The notes: generated by a model from the sequence alone, not told the origin. 15,211 nucleotides of DNA from a candidate division WOR-3 bacterium (GCA_965648935.1 CBFGIY010000010.1:9200-24410), one strand, 5' to 3'. Positions 1 to 8,282 are shown, counted from the stretch's first letter. Numbers and translations are program-made.

Positions 1-78
1 ATGGCCCGGGCTTAGACCCGACGCCACCCGCACCGCGGGCGCCCCGCCCGGGCCGCCCGCCGCGTTCGACAGGGCCTG

Positions 79-576
79 CTAGCGCCGGGGCTGCAGCGCC
101 TTGCCGAGGTCGTTGAGCCGGGTGATGTGGTCCTGGCGCCGCTGGATGAGCGCGGAGAACAGCGGCCGGTGCGAGGCGCATGAGATGCCCCAGAACCGGG
201 TGTAGAACAGCAGCAGGTCGCGCTCGAGCCGGACCGCGGCGTCGACATACTCCGCGGCCGCGCTCAGGCCCGATGCGATTTCGGTCGGCCGGCCCGACTT
301 GCGGTAGAACGACGACTCGGCGAGAGCCGAGAGAAACATCTCGTCCTCGGGACTCGGCTCAAGCACTTTCTCCTCGCCGCAGCTCATCGTCGTGAACGCC
401 CGGGCCAGCAGGTCCGCGCCTTCGCGGCTGCTTGAGCGCAGGGACTCGAAGGCGGCGCGGACGTCATCGGCCCGAGCCCGCTCGGCCGCCGCCGCGTAGA
501 ATCCCTCGGTTTCGCGCGTCACTTCGAGAACGGTCTGCAGGACCTGTGAAGGGGACAGGCACTCTCCTCTGGCCAT
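79..576 (-). CDS. Ferritin-like/rubrerythrin-fold protein with degenerate diiron site
   Basis: Four-helix-bundle pattern (E..TEGFY...AFESL; LERDLLLFY...LFSALI..RQDHI) matches the two upstream paralogues. The ExxH ligand motifs are eroded. An AAGGA SD-like sequence lies upstream of the ATG at 576. Confidence 0.75.
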   Translation of the reverse strand: MARGECLSPSQVLQTVLEVTRETEGFYAAAAERARADDVRAAFESLRSSSREGADLLARAFTTMSCGEEKVLEPSPEDEMFLSALAESSFYRKSGRPTEIASGLSAAAEYVDAAVRLERDLLLFYTRFWGISCASHRPLFSALIQRRQDHITRLNDLGKALQPRR

Positions 577-582
577 CGTGTT

Positions 583-1110
583 TCAGTCCTTTCGGTCGTG
601 CTCGGATTCGAGCGTGAATTCGGGCATGCCGAACCAGAATCCGTCGCTTTGGATGCTGTCCAGTTCGGCCTGTATCAGCGCGACGTGAGCCTTCTCCATT
701 CCGGTAAGGCGGCGCAGGACCAGCGCCACCGGACCGGCCGCAGCGCCGGCGGCCGAGCGATAGAACTCGACCGCGCGGTTCTCCAGGTCGAGCGCGGCCT
801 GCAGCGCCGAGATGTCGTCCAGCCCGGACTCGCCCCTGATGCGGCGGTCGCGGTCGGCGAGCCGCGGCACGAGGTCGGCAAAGGGCGAGCGGGGCAGACC
901 CTCGGTCGAGCAGGTGCCGGTCTCGCGCAGCGACCGGCTGAGCCGCTCGAGCACGGCCGCGTGCTCCAACTCGTCGGCGGCCAGCCGGGCGAAAACGTCC
1001 TTGCCGGTAAGGCGGCGCGTGGCCCGAACAAGACGCAGGTACTCGCGCAGGCTTGCGAGCTCGGCCAGTCGGGCGCTCTCAAGCACCGCCAGCTCGGCGG
1101 CGTGGCTCAT
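583..1110 (-). CDS. Ferritin family/rubrerythrin-like diiron protein
   Basis: Motifs LAELASLREY, ADELEH, DLENRAVEFY and GMEKAH give two E...ExxH halves. The start overlaps the upstream stop (ATGA, 1107-1110). Confidence 0.88.
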   Translation of the reverse strand: MSHAAELAVLESARLAELASLREYLRLVRATRRLTGKDVFARLAADELEHAAVLERLSRSLRETGTCSTEGLPRSPFADLVPRLADRDRRIRGESGLDDISALQAALDLENRAVEFYRSAAGAAAGPVALVLRRLTGMEKAHVALIQAELDSIQSDGFWFGMPEFTLESEHDRKD

Positions 1111-1595
1111 TGCTTCAGCCCGTGGCGGATTTCGGTCAGCTGGCGGACGTGGTCCTTTTCCTGCGCGATCAGCTTCTCGACCGCGGAGCGCGCATCGGCC
1201 TTCACCATCTCGCGGATCTCGAGATAGAACAGCAGGGTTTCCTTCTCGAAGCCGATGGCATGCGCGAGCGCCTCGTCGGTCGTGACCGCGGTGCGGGCGA
1301 GCGCGAGCGCCTTGTCCGGCGAGCCGAGGAAGTAGCGCGAATCGGTGATGGCCTTGAGGTAGAGCACCGCCTCATCCCAGTTGTAGGGCAGATCCTCGGG
1401 CCGCGCGGGCATCGTCCTGCCGATGTCCTCGAACACCCGGATGTGGTGCTCTTCCTGTTCGGCGAGCCAGCCGAACAGGCCCTTGAGCTTTTCGTCCCCG
1501 GACGCGGCGGCCACGGTCTCGTAGTAGAGCTTGCCGCCCCGCTCGGTCTGCACTGCCATCTCTATGACCTCGGGCCCTGAGAAAGTTATCGGCAT
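1107..1595 (-). CDS. Ferritin family/rubrerythrin-like diiron protein (162 aa)
   Basis: Start reassigned to ATG 1595 (GGAGGacaccATG; MPITFSGPEVIEMAVQTERGGKLYY). Motifs EQEEHH, GFEKETLLFY and AQEKDH. No rubredoxin CxxC domain. Confidence 0.9.
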   Translation of the reverse strand: MPITFSGPEVIEMAVQTERGGKLYYETVAAASGDEKLKGLFGWLAEQEEHHIRVFEDIGRTMPARPEDLPYNWDEAVLYLKAITDSRYFLGSPDKALALARTAVTTDEALAHAIGFEKETLLFYLEIREMVKADARSAVEKLIAQEKDHVRQLTEIRHGLKQ

Positions 1596-1623
1596 GGTGT
1601 CCTCCGTCGGGTATTTGCCATCA

Positions 1624-1651
1624 ATCCTATTGGACTGCTCGCGGGGGTCAA
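1624..1651 (-). promoter_or_regulatory. Sigma70-type promoter of the ferritin-like operon
   Basis: TTGACC (1651-1646), 16-bp spacer, TAGGAT (1629-1624), upstream of the GGAGG RBS. Confidence 0.6.
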
Positions 1652-1865
1652 GGTGTTCGGGCCGACCCGGACGACGAAGAAGGAGACTGCGGAGTCCGGC
1701 ACCGGCGCGCCCGCCAGGGGAGAGGGGCAAGGCAGAGCGGACTGGGCGCAGCAGAGTCCGGAGCCGGCGGCGATGCTCCTCAGCGACGCTGGTCTGGCGC
1801 ATGGTCGCCGCGCGCGGCGCGGGCGGCTTCGCGCCGGTGAGCGCACAAGCGACCTCGGCGGCGGT

Positions 1866-1915
1866 TTGCTCCGGGCCCGGGCGCGTGTATAATCAGACTA
1901 TTGACTTGAGAGGAG
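1866..1915 (+). promoter_or_regulatory. Sigma70-type promoter and RBS of the YVTN gene
   Basis: TTGCTC (1866-1871), 16-bp spacer, perfect TATAAT (1888-1893). AGGAG at 1911-1915 precedes ATG 1921. Confidence 0.65.
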
Positions 1916-1920
1916 ACAGC

Positions 1921-3249
1921 ATGCTCAGACGGTCCCTGTCCGGTCTGGCGACTCTGGCGGCGCTCGTGTCGGCCCAGTACGTTGAAGCGACCATCGACCT
2001 GCCGGATTCGTGCCGGCCGTTCGCGCTCTGCTACAACCCGCAGGACGACAAGGTCTACTGCGCGAACCTCGACAGCAACACCGTGACAATCATCGACGGC
2101 GCTTCGAACGCGGTGATTGCCACGGTGCGCGTGGGCGTGTCGCCGGTCGCGTTCTGCTATAACCCGCAGAACAACATGGTCTACTGCGAGAACTACGGCA
2201 GCGGCGACGTGTCGGTGATTGACGGCGCGAGCAACGCGGTCGTGGCAGCGGTGCCGGACGTTGGCAACACGTGGGTGCTCTGCCACAATACCGCGCAGAA
2301 CGCGATGTACGCCGCATACAGCGGGTTCGGCGGGGTAAGCGTCATCGACTGCGCGGCCAACGCGGTCGTGGCGAGCGTGCCCACCGGGACGTACCCGTTC
2401 GGCCTGTGCTACAATGAGCTAGAGAACAGGGTCTACTGTTCGACCGGCGGCGACAACAGCGTCATGGTCATCGACGGCGCGACCAACTCGGTGCTCGCGA
2501 CCGTGCCCGCAGGCCTGGGACCGCGCCACCTCGCATACAACCCGCTGCGCAACAAGGTCTACTGCCCGAATCAGGGCGGCGACATCACGGTCATCGACGG
2601 GGCGACAAATCGGGTCTTGTCGCCGGTGCGGCTGGCGGGGGTCCTCGAGCTGCCGGTGTATAACCCGTGCGAGGACCGGGTCTACTGCGGCATCGTCGAC
2701 CGGGACAGCGTTGCGGCTGTCGACTGCGCGGCCGACTCGGTGGTCGCGACTATTCCCGCGGGCGACAACCCGGGCGCAGCCCTGTTCGTGCCGGCCGCGA
2801 ACCGGGTCTACGTGGCGAATCTGCTCGACTCAAGCCTGACCGTGATCGACTGCGCCACGAACACGGTTGCGGCGACGCTGCGCGTCGGACGGCACCCGAG
2901 CGCGCTGTGCCACAACCCGGGCCAGAACCGGGTGTATGTCGCGAACGCGATGAGTTCGAGCGTCTCGGTCATCAGGGACACGGCGTCAGCGGTCGCCGAG
3001 CAACCCCGGCCGTCGGCCGTCGGACCGCGTCTCGGGGCCAGCCTCGTGCGCGGCACCCTCAGCCTGCCGGTATCGTCCTTCGGCAACCGTCAGCCGATGC
3101 TGGCCGATGCGGCGGGCCGCAGAGTGCTCGATCTGAAGGTCGGCAGCAACGACGTCTCGCGCCTTGCGCCGGGAGTCTACTTCCTCCGCTCGGCATCCGC
3201 AGTTGAGCGTGATGCGCTCGTCCTGTCCAGAGTCATCGTCGTACGCTAG
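1921..3249 (+). CDS. Secreted YVTN/YncE-family 8-bladed beta-propeller with T9SS-type C-terminal domain (442 aa)
   Basis: Signal peptide MLRRSLSGLATLAALVSA. Eight ~42-aa repeats (LCYNP..NKVYCAN..S..VSVIDGA.N.V.ATV). Tail DAAGRRV...DVSRLAPGVYFLR...RVIVVR. Confidence 0.9.
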   Translation: MLRRSLSGLATLAALVSAQYVEATIDLPDSCRPFALCYNPQDDKVYCANLDSNTVTIIDGASNAVIATVRVGVSPVAFCYNPQNNMVYCENYGSGDVSVIDGASNAVVAAVPDVGNTWVLCHNTAQNAMYAAYSGFGGVSVIDCAANAVVASVPTGTYPFGLCYNELENRVYCSTGGDNSVMVIDGATNSVLATVPAGLGPRHLAYNPLRNKVYCPNQGGDITVIDGATNRVLSPVRLAGVLELPVYNPCEDRVYCGIVDRDSVAAVDCAADSVVATIPAGDNPGAALFVPAANRVYVANLLDSSLTVIDCATNTVAATLRVGRHPSALCHNPGQNRVYVANAMSSSVSVIRDTASAVAEQPRPSAVGPRLGASLVRGTLSLPVSSFGNRQPMLADAAGRRVLDLKVGSNDVSRLAPGVYFLRSASAVERDALVLSRVIVVR

Positions 3250-3267
3250 CGTCCTGACAGCGAGTTG

Positions 3268-3303
3268 AGGCGGCCGGGAGCGCAATGGCGCACCCGGCCG
3301 CCT
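3268..3303 (+). terminator. Strong hairpin after the YVTN gene (terminator-like, no U-tract)
   Basis: AGGCGGCCGGG-a-GCGC-aatg-GCGC-a-CCCGGCCGCCT: 15 bp with one A.A mismatch, 18 nt after the stop codon. Confidence 0.6.
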
Positions 3304-3321
3304 GTGCGCAGGCAGCGCAAG

Positions 3322-3624
3322 CCCCGAAGCGGATTCCGGCCCGGCTTCCGGGTTCGTTTTCAGCCTGATTTCGGGGTTCATCCCGCGGCCGAGGCCGCGC
3401 CCGAACCCGTGCCGCGCGCCCGGACGCGCTTGAAACCCGGTTTCCGGAGCAATCCGGCGGTTCGGGCCCCGGTTCGGTCGGCAACCGGCTCGCTGCCTCG
3501 TTTCTCACCGCACATCCTGTTCAGAACGCAGGCTTTAGCCTTGCTCGGTTTCGAACTTCGCAGCCGGGTCAGGGGCCAGCCCCGGGGCCTTGGGGGGGGC
3601 TCTGGCAGGCCTCCCACCCCATGA
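3322..3624. repeat. Degenerate 12-bp periodic tract in intergenic spacer
   Basis: Units TTCCGGCCCGGC, TTCCGGGTTCGT, TTTCAGCCTGAT, TTCGGGGTTCAT. TTC at 3334, 3346, 3370, 3442, 3502 and 3550, and GTTC at 3352, 3376, 3460 and 3472, are each spaced at multiples of 12. Confidence 0.5.
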
Positions 3625-3776
3625 GCCCCTGAAGTCCCGGGTTCTGGCCTCAGTCCCGGCGCGTGACGGCCGATTTGCGCCGCGTCGGGGCGAGGGAGCC
3701 GGCGTTGCGCGACGGCGCCGGGCAGGGGCAATGAGTACCGCGGCCTGCGGGGACGCCGGGACCGCGCCGGCCGGGA

Positions 3777-3805
3777 TTGACCGTAGCGCGGTTTGCGGCT
3801 AGGCT
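3777..3805 (+). promoter_or_regulatory. Sigma70-type promoter giving a probable leaderless mRNA
   Basis: TTGACC (3777-3782), 17-bp spacer, TAGGCT (3800-3805), then 6 nt to ATG 3812. No SD sequence. Confidence 0.6.
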
Positions 3806-3811
3806 TGCGCG

Positions 3812-4687
3812 ATGTCTGGCGCTCTGCTGAAGTCGATGCGGCCGAAGCAGTGGATAAAGAACCTGCTGGTCTTCGCCGCGGTCATCTTCTCCCGCAACCT
3901 TTTCCACGCCGAGAGCTTCCTCGCGACGTTGGGCGCGTTCGCCGCGTTCTGCCTTGTGTCGGGCGCGGTGTACATTGTCAACGACCTCGTGGACCGGGAC
4001 AGCGACCGGCGTCACCCGACAAAGAAGAACCGGCCCATCGCCTCGGGCCGGCTCGGGCAGGGCCCGGCCGTGGCCGGCGCGGTCGCCGCGGTGATCATCG
4101 GGCTGGGCGGCGCCGCGGCCCTGGACTGGCGGTTCGGCCTGCTGCTGGCGGGCTACTTCGTGATGCAGCTCGCCTACTCGTTCCGGCTGAAGCGGATGGT
4201 GGTGCTGGACGTGATGATAGTCGCCGCCGGGTTCGCCCTGCGCGCGATTGCCGGGACCTTCGTGGTGCACGTCGAGCTGTCGCCGTGGCTGTTCGTCGTG
4301 ACCATCCTGCTGGCGCTGTTCGTCGCCATCGCCAAGCGCCGGCACGAGCTGCTGTTTTTGGAAGGCGGCGGCATATCGCACCGCACGGTGCTGGGCAAGT
4401 ACTCGGAGACGCTACTCGACCAGATGATGGCGGTGGCGACCTCGGCCACGGTCATCGCCTACTGCCTGTACACCATCGCGCCCGAGACCGTGGCCAAGTT
4501 CGGCACCTCCAACCTCATCCTGACCGTGCCTTTCGTGCTCTACGGTATATACCGCTATCTCTACCTTGTCTACCAGAAGGAGATGGGCGGCGCGCCCGAG
4601 CGGGTGTTTCTCACCGACCTGCCGCTCATCGTCGACATCGCGCTCTACATCGCGAGCGCGGTCGCGATTGTCTACCTGAAAATCTAG
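3812..4687 (+). CDS. UbiA-family decaprenyl/polyprenyl-phosphate 5-phosphoribosyltransferase (DPPR synthase-like)
   Basis: Motifs MRPKQWIKNLLVF, YIVNDLVDRDSDRRHPTKKNRPIASG, AYSFRLKR and KRRHEL. Multiple transmembrane helices. Confidence 0.9.
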   Translation: MSGALLKSMRPKQWIKNLLVFAAVIFSRNLFHAESFLATLGAFAAFCLVSGAVYIVNDLVDRDSDRRHPTKKNRPIASGRLGQGPAVAGAVAAVIIGLGGAAALDWRFGLLLAGYFVMQLAYSFRLKRMVVLDVMIVAAGFALRAIAGTFVVHVELSPWLFVVTILLALFVAIAKRRHELLFLEGGGISHRTVLGKYSETLLDQMMAVATSATVIAYCLYTIAPETVAKFGTSNLILTVPFVLYGIYRYLYLVYQKEMGGAPERVFLTDLPLIVDIALYIASAVAIVYLKI

Positions 4688-6834
4688 CGGCCGGCCCGCC
4701 GGGCCCGCACTTCGCCGAGGATGGCCTGGGCCTCGCGGTGGCCCGGATTGTGGATGAGGAAGTCGGAGAGCTCGGACTCGGCCCGGTCGAACCTGCCGAC
4801 GAGCATCCGGGCGTAGGCGAGGCGCAGGCGCATGTCGCCGATGCCGGGGAAGCGTTCGACCGCGGCGAGCATCAGCGATTCGGCGGCCGCGGCCCGGCCC
4901 GACTGGACGAGCACCGCAAAGAGATTGGCGTAGCCCTCGTGATAGTCCGGGGCGAAGGTGACGACCTTGTAGAGGTGGCCGGCGGCGCGGTCGAACTCGC
5001 CGCGGTTGAAGCGAATGCTGCCCAGGCTGACGTGCGAGTTGATGCACCAGTCGTCGATGGCGATCGCGCGCTCGAACAGCTCGGCGGCCTCGTCCTCGCG
5101 CTTCGCGCGCAGCGCGATCTCGCCCATCCATTCATAAGGATAGGCGAAGTCGGGCGGCGCGAGCTGGAGGCAGCGGGCGAAAGTCGTGTAGGCCGAATCC
5201 GGGCTGGTCCGGAGCAGGTTGATGCCGAGGTTGTAGAGGTCGATGAACTCAGGGTTGACTCCGGGCGTTTCGATGGGCAGGGTGTCGGCCCCGGGCTTGG
5301 CCTTGTAGATGGTTTCCCAGTAGAGCGTGCCCGGCTCGACGATCGAGATGGGGCAGGGGAAGTAGCCGACCCGGAACCGCGTGCGCAGGAACAGGGCGCG
5401 CTCGGCCGCGGCCGACGGCTTGATCCCGGTCGAGAAGTAGACGTAGCGCGGCCTGCGTTCGAGCACGTGGCGGGTGTTGTAGTTGCGCTCTTTCCAGTAG
5501 ACGCGCGGCCCGAGGATGTCTTCCGGGTGATGGGCGATGGTTGAGTCGGTCAGGCCGAGCAGGTCGAGACAGCTGCGGTCCGAGTGCCAGGACACCGCGC
5601 CGATGGTCGTGCAGGCGAACCAGTCGTCCTCGCCCAGGTGGGCGTTGAGCCAGCGCCCGGTCAGGCTCATCTTGGTGACGAGGCCGCGCTCGAGCGTGAG
5701 GTTGCGCCGCACCTCGGAGCGCATCGAACGCGCCGGGGCGAACGGGCCCCAGAAGGTGTAGGGCGCGATGAGCATGAGCAGGGCCGCGCCGAGCCCGCGC
5801 GGCCCGGGCAGAGCCCAGGCTGCCTCGGCCACGATGAAGTAGAACAGGAAGTACACCGGCACGAAGAAGCGGTAGATGCGCAGCACGTCGCCGCCGACCG
5901 AGACCACGTAGAGCGAAAACGCGCCGAGAACCATCACACCGAACCACAGGGCCGGGCGCGGCCGGCGGGCGCGCAGCGCGAGCGCGACCGGGCCGGCAAC
6001 GAGCAGCCCGAACAGGCCGTAGGCGCGCAGCCAGCCCCAGAGATACTCGAGTCCGGACTTCAGGTAGGAGACCGATGTCCCGGTCTTGGCGTAGAAGGTG
6101 TTGGGAAACAGAAACCCGTAGTAGGACAGGCGCCAGATGTAGAGCGGCACGACGAGCAGGGCGAACGGCACGGTCAGCCAGGCCAGGTCGCGCAGGTTCG
6201 AGCCCGAGAAGGCCGCCGCGCGGTCGCGCCGCAGGCGCGCGAGGGCGAAGTGGAGCCAGACGAGCGCGGCGAAGAGCGCGCCCTCGGGCCGCGTCAGCGC
6301 GGCCAGGCCGAGAAGCCCCGATGCCAGCACGAGTCGGGCCCGCGACTCGGCCCCGAGATAGGCCAGGAACGAGCCGGCCACGAGGAGCGCGAACATCGCC
6401 GACTCCATCCCGCTCACGCACCAGTAGGCGAACGAGCCGTTGGCGACCAGGGGCAGGATGGCGAGCGGCGCGAGCGCGGGCGGCGCGGTCGAGTGGCGGC
6501 GCAGGTAGAAGAAGAATACGGCAATTATGCCGACCCCGCAGGCGACGCCCAGCCCCTGGGACAGCGGTATCAGCGTCGAGAACGGGATGCCGAGGATGCC
6601 CAGCGCCGAGAGCAGCATCATCCAGAGAAAGTTGGTGTAGCCCTCGACCCGCTCAGAAGGGTTGAACACCGGGCCGATGCCGCGGACGACGTTGCGGGCG
6701 TAGCGGTAGGTGATGAACGAGTCGTCCTGCAGGAACGCGCTGGACAGCGAATGCCAGAGGAAGAACCCGACGGCAAGGGCGAGGATGGCCCAAGGCAGCC
6801 AGCGGCTCAGGGCCGGACCTTTCTTCTGCGCCAT
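4684..6834 (-). CDS. GT-C membrane glycosyltransferase (AftB-like N-terminus) with C-terminal TPR repeats
   Basis: DDSFITYRYARN..GIGPVFNPSERVEGYTNFLW, SGME, LTRPEG and YYGFLFPNTFYAK, with many TM helices. TPR-like C-terminus (AAELFERAIAIDD, LYKVVTFAPDYHEGYANL). Confidence 0.85.
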   Translation of the reverse strand: MAQKKGPALSRWLPWAILALAVGFFLWHSLSSAFLQDDSFITYRYARNVVRGIGPVFNPSERVEGYTNFLWMMLLSALGILGIPFSTLIPLSQGLGVACGVGIIAVFFFYLRRHSTAPPALAPLAILPLVANGSFAYWCVSGMESAMFALLVAGSFLAYLGAESRARLVLASGLLGLAALTRPEGALFAALVWLHFALARLRRDRAAAFSGSNLRDLAWLTVPFALLVVPLYIWRLSYYGFLFPNTFYAKTGTSVSYLKSGLEYLWGWLRAYGLFGLLVAGPVALALRARRPRPALWFGVMVLGAFSLYVVSVGGDVLRIYRFFVPVYFLFYFIVAEAAWALPGPRGLGAALLMLIAPYTFWGPFAPARSMRSEVRRNLTLERGLVTKMSLTGRWLNAHLGEDDWFACTTIGAVSWHSDRSCLDLLGLTDSTIAHHPEDILGPRVYWKERNYNTRHVLERRPRYVYFSTGIKPSAAAERALFLRTRFRVGYFPCPISIVEPGTLYWETIYKAKPGADTLPIETPGVNPEFIDLYNLGINLLRTSPDSAYTTFARCLQLAPPDFAYPYEWMGEIALRAKREDEAAELFERAIAIDDWCINSHVSLGSIRFNRGEFDRAAGHLYKVVTFAPDYHEGYANLFAVLVQSGRAAAAESLMLAAVERFPGIGDMRLRLAYARMLVGRFDRAESELSDFLIHNPGHREAQAILGEVRARRAGR

Positions 6835-6849
6835 CGGCTGCGGTCTCTC

Positions 6850-7941
6850 CTAGGCTGAAAGGCGGCATTCGGCGAGCCGGGCCTTGCCGCAGGCGGCCTT
6901 GTCGCCGAACGGCCCCTGGCGGATTGCGGCGAGTTCGCAGCGGGCCGCCCCGACAATCTCCTCAGCCTGAGGCCGGCACTCGCCGCGCAGGCAGAGCGCG
7001 GCGTGGGCGCCGGCGATGCGGCCCTCGAGCATCGCGGTCGAAGCCTCCTCGATGCCCGACGCGTCGCCCGCGACGTACACGCCCGGAACCGTGGTCATCA
7101 TGTTCTCGTCGTGCCACGCGACCTGCCCCCCGAGCTCGGGAATCCAGACCATCCGGCAGCCGCACAGGGCAAGAGTCTCGACCAGCGGGGTCAGGCCGAC
7201 CGCAAGGCAGACAGTATCGACACTGATGCGCCGGGCCGTGCGCTTCATCGGGCGAAACCGGGCGTCGACCCGGCAGATGGTGGCGGCGCTGACCCTTTCC
7301 CTGCCATGGGCCGCGAGGATGGTGTGCCCGGTGAGAATCGGGACGCCCAGCCGCGCGAGCTTGGCCGCGTGGACGTGGTATCCGCCGATGCGGGGCAGGG
7401 CTTCGACCAGGGCCGCGACCTCGATTCCGGCCTGGATGAGCTGGTAGGAAACGATGAGCCCGATATTGCCCGAGCCGACCATCAGCACGCGCCGGCCCGG
7501 CCGCACTCCGGACACGTTCATCAGAGTCTGGACCGCGCCCGCGCCGTAGACCCCGGGCAGGTCGTTGTTGGCGAAAAGGATGTTGTTCTCGGCCGCGCCG
7601 GTCGCGACAATCAGGCTGTCGTAGCGCAGCCGCTCGAACCGCTCTGCCGAAGCGATGCCGAGCACGCGATTCTCGTAGCAGCCGACCACGGACCAGCCGG
7701 CCAGAACCTCGGCCGGGGTGGCGCGCAGCTCGGCCTCAAGCAGCGCGGCGATGTCCATCCCGCGCGTGCCGCAGTAGTGGCTCTTCGAGCCGAAGAACTT
7801 GTGGGTCTGCTTGACGAGCTGGCCGCCCAGGCGCAGGGAATCGTCGAGCAGGGTGACGCGCGCCCCAAGCCGCGCCGCGACTATCGCCGCCGACAGCCCG
7901 GCCGGGCCGCCGCCGACAACCGCAACCTCGGTCGTCCTCAC
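6850..7941 (-). CDS. NAD(P)/FAD-dependent oxidoreductase (sarcosine oxidase/dye-linked proline dehydrogenase alpha-subunit-like, 363 aa)
   Basis: GTG start at 7941 with GGGAGG RBS, overlapping the upstream stop (GTGA). Motifs VAVVGGGPAGLSAA, LGGQLVKQTHKFFGS, ATGA, VGSGNIG and VYVAGD. Confidence 0.9.
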   Translation of the reverse strand: MRTTEVAVVGGGPAGLSAAIVAARLGARVTLLDDSLRLGGQLVKQTHKFFGSKSHYCGTRGMDIAALLEAELRATPAEVLAGWSVVGCYENRVLGIASAERFERLRYDSLIVATGAAENNILFANNDLPGVYGAGAVQTLMNVSGVRPGRRVLMVGSGNIGLIVSYQLIQAGIEVAALVEALPRIGGYHVHAAKLARLGVPILTGHTILAAHGRERVSAATICRVDARFRPMKRTARRISVDTVCLAVGLTPLVETLALCGCRMVWIPELGGQVAWHDENMMTTVPGVYVAGDASGIEEASTAMLEGRIAGAHAALCLRGECRPQAEEIVGAARCELAAIRQGPFGDKAACGKARLAECRLSA

Positions 7942-8282
7942 GGCAGCCTCCCGCGACCGGACTGGCGCTCGACCCGCACCCCGGGGCGCAGCGGCTCGAC
8001 GCAGACCATCGTGTTGGGCCGGCCGTCCACGACCATCAGGCATGACGAGCACTTGCCCACCGCGCAGAAGAACCCGCGCGGCCGGCCGGTCTTCTCGGCG
8101 TGGCGGAACACGTCGATGCCGTTGGCCACCAGCGCGGCCGCGATGGTGTCGGTGGACCGGCCGGTGAGCCTGCGGCCCTCGAAATAGAAATCGACTGTCT
8201 CGCCCGGGGCGAACTCAAGCACCGGGTGAGAACATATGCGCCGTCCGGCCCGGGCCGGGCGGCTAGAGGTTTTTCTTGGCAT
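7938..8282 (-). CDS. (2Fe-2S)-binding protein (Fer2_4-type, HcnA/SoxA N-terminal-like, ~114 aa)
   Basis: RICSHPVLEF, DTIAAALVANG and RPRGFFCAVGKCSSCLMVVDG...MVC (four Cys ligands). Probable ATG at 8282 overlaps the end of purQ; the start is uncertain. Confidence 0.88.
   Translation of the reverse strand: MPRKTSSRPARAGRRICSHPVLEFAPGETVDFYFEGRRLTGRSTDTIAAALVANGIDVFRHAEKTGRPRGFFCAVGKCSSCLMVVDGRPNTMVCVEPLRPGVRVERQSGRGRLP

Noticed and set aside
35..60. GC hairpin (GCGGGCG...CGCCCGC) as terminator of the ferritin-like operon
   Set aside because: The stem is imperfect, there is no U-tract, and the context is cut by the window edge, so it is too weak to call.
574..585. The TGA ending ORF 583..1110 is in frame with ORF 79..576 (TGA AAC ACG ATG), suggesting a second Sec or read-through site
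   Set aside because: The TGA falls between two complete domains, and the downstream gene has its own ATG with an AAGGA SD. Ordinary operon spacing explains it.
79..1595. Encapsulin cargo system for the ferritin-like proteins
   Set aside because: No encapsulin gene is in the window and no L-x-(I/V)-G-S-L-type targeting peptide is present at the termini.
1531..1920. N-terminal extensions in the ORF track (1531 +, 1802 -, 8052 -, 8906 +, 9090 -, 11426 +)
   Set aside because: Downstream starts fit the RBS, promoter and signal-peptide or domain boundaries better (1921, 1595, 7941, 9152, 9042, 11498).
3250..3800. CRISPR array, tRNA (including tRNA-Sec) or IS element in the spacer
   Set aside because: There are no identical repeats with spacers, no cloverleaf around the GTTCG motifs, and no transposase or terminal inverted repeats that I can see.
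3793..5544. Long shadow ORFs (3793..5544 +, 5584..6858 +, 7003..8187 +, 5249..6421 -, 11825..12751 -, 14087..15166 - and others)
   Set aside because: They are antisense or off-frame to well-supported genes, have no recognisable motifs, and are expected in high-GC DNA where stop codons are scarce.
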